Shown: piece after piece, positions 38,092 to 38,831 of the stretch
How positions within the stretch are numbered: position 1 is the stretch's first letter
How the letters are laid out: each line of letters opens with the position of its first letter
Assembly (NCBI GenBank): GCA_018662075.1
Contig: JABJGX010000090.1
Coordinates: forward strand, 1-38,831
Origin: Candidatus Peregrinibacteria bacterium
GTDB lineage: Bacteria; Patescibacteriota; Gracilibacteria; Peribacterales; Peribacteraceae
Reading direction: 5' to 3'
DNA: 38,831 nucleotides
Made by a program: the position numbers and the translations under genes
Notes under the pieces: generated by a model
Database searches by the model: none
The model's input: the letters and a program-made list of their open reading frames with translations, nothing else
Told to the model about the DNA's origin: nothing

Positions 38092-38831
38092 AACTGGTAT
38101 GTCTTATTAAAACAATGCTTTGTGGCAAACCACAACGCTGCAATACTTCCGAGTACGATAAATACAATACCTCCTGCTCCTGTTTCTGGTTGTCGAGTTG
38201 GTCCACTATTAGAGAAAGATGTTGGGGCTGGTGCAGTATTTGGAGCATCTCCAAACGCAGATTCAATAGGATTCCCATCACCGTCAAACGGATGAATACG
38301 TACACTATCTGCTGTGTATGGGTTCTGTGGAATGTTTGAACCTGATGGTGCAGCTACTGGCGTTGGCGCAGGTGTATCGAAAGGAGATGATGGTGGTGGA
38401 GTTGTTGTATTTACATCGTTTCCTCCCTGTGGGACATTGCCAAAGACATCATTATCCAAAAGAGATGTAATATCTTGGAAGTCATCAGCAGCAGTTGTCG
38501 TGATGATAATCACTCCTTGGATGTCTGAAGAGGTTGCAGACGTGTAGTTATACGATCCTGCTGGCATATCCAGAGTGATCGTAAAGTTGTCACTTTCTCC
38601 TTGGAAGAGTGTTTTTGTCTGAAGACAGTACCCTGTATCACTACAGAGCTCTTGGGACTCTAAGATATGTGGAATTGCCTGATTGTTTGTCCACGTGATT
38701 GTTTGTCCATGTTCTACTTCCAGGGTGACTGGTGAAAGGCCATCTGCTGTGATTACGACATTTTTCTGTTGATCTCCACTAGACACTTGTCCAGTAAGAG
38801 ATTCTACTCCCTGGAAAAATATGTATCCAAT
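38088..38831 (-). CDS. Cupredoxin-like-fold surface protein with Pro/Thr linker and LPXTG-like C-terminal sorting signal (5' end outside window)
   Basis: Frame open to window edge (IGYIFFQGVESLTGQVS...); LSPVTLEVEHGQTITWTN...PH...LFQGES..GSYNY; QPETG + hydrophobic helix + K/H tail. Confidence 0.75.
   Translation of the reverse strand: MGYIFFQGVESLTGQVSSGDQQKNVVITADGLSPVTLEVEHGQTITWTNNQAIPHILESQELCSDTGYCLQTKTLFQGESDNFTITLDMPAGSYNYTSATSSDIQGVIIITTTAADDFQDITSLLDNDVFGNVPQGGNDVNTTTPPPSSPFDTPAPTPVAAPSGSNIPQNPYTADSVRIHPFDGDGNPIESAFGDAPNTAPAPTSFSNSGPTRQPETGAGGIVFIVLGSIAALWFATKHCFNKTYQF

Noticed and set aside
380-38547. Numerous 60-180 aa antisense or alternate-frame ORFs (e.g. 447-776, 20819-21283, 27253-27756, 28309-28854, 33582-34094)
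   Set aside because: Shadows of well-supported genes; Ser/Phe-rich translations typical of reverse-complemented Glu/Lys codons
371-38831. Active UGA=Gly/Trp recoding (tables 25/4)
   Set aside because: No gene is interrupted by in-frame TGA; all conserved proteins are full length under table 11

Overview
Gene-dense bacterial chromosomal segment with about 33 credible CDS, 2 tRNAs, and no transposase, integrase or CRISPR array. Gene content (VirB2-like pilin, membrane-anchored VirD4/TraD-like ATPase, UvrD-PD-(D/E)XK fusion, NRS/ER-type rhamnose enzyme, SLH and PKD surface proteins, no Shine-Dalgarno motifs) suggests a Patescibacteria/CPR organism, plausibly Peribacteria/Peregrinibacteria-like; this taxonomy is inference. 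Housekeeping genes (der, leuS, rsmF-like, dnaG-rpoD, rdgB, ftsK, mltG, ybaB, DEAD-box helicase, tRNA-His, tRNA-Tyr) are mixed with envelope/surface genes and a few orphans. The most unusual signals: (1) none of 33 credible genes ends in TGA (24 TAA, 9 TAG) and none contains an in-frame TGA; (2) the primary sigma factor carries a C-terminal CxxC-x17-CxxC zinc-ribbon-like extension; (3) many genes look leaderless, with a -10 box 5-8 nt before the start codon; (4) tRNA-His is flanked by degenerate tandem copies of itself and by a 5' fragment split by a REP-like hairpin; (5) surface proteins include a pacifastin-like inhibitor module and an LPXTG-like sorting signal, next to a TMTC-like glycosyltransferase; (6) an orphan FabH-like enzyme. 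All calls were made by eye from motifs; no database searches were run.
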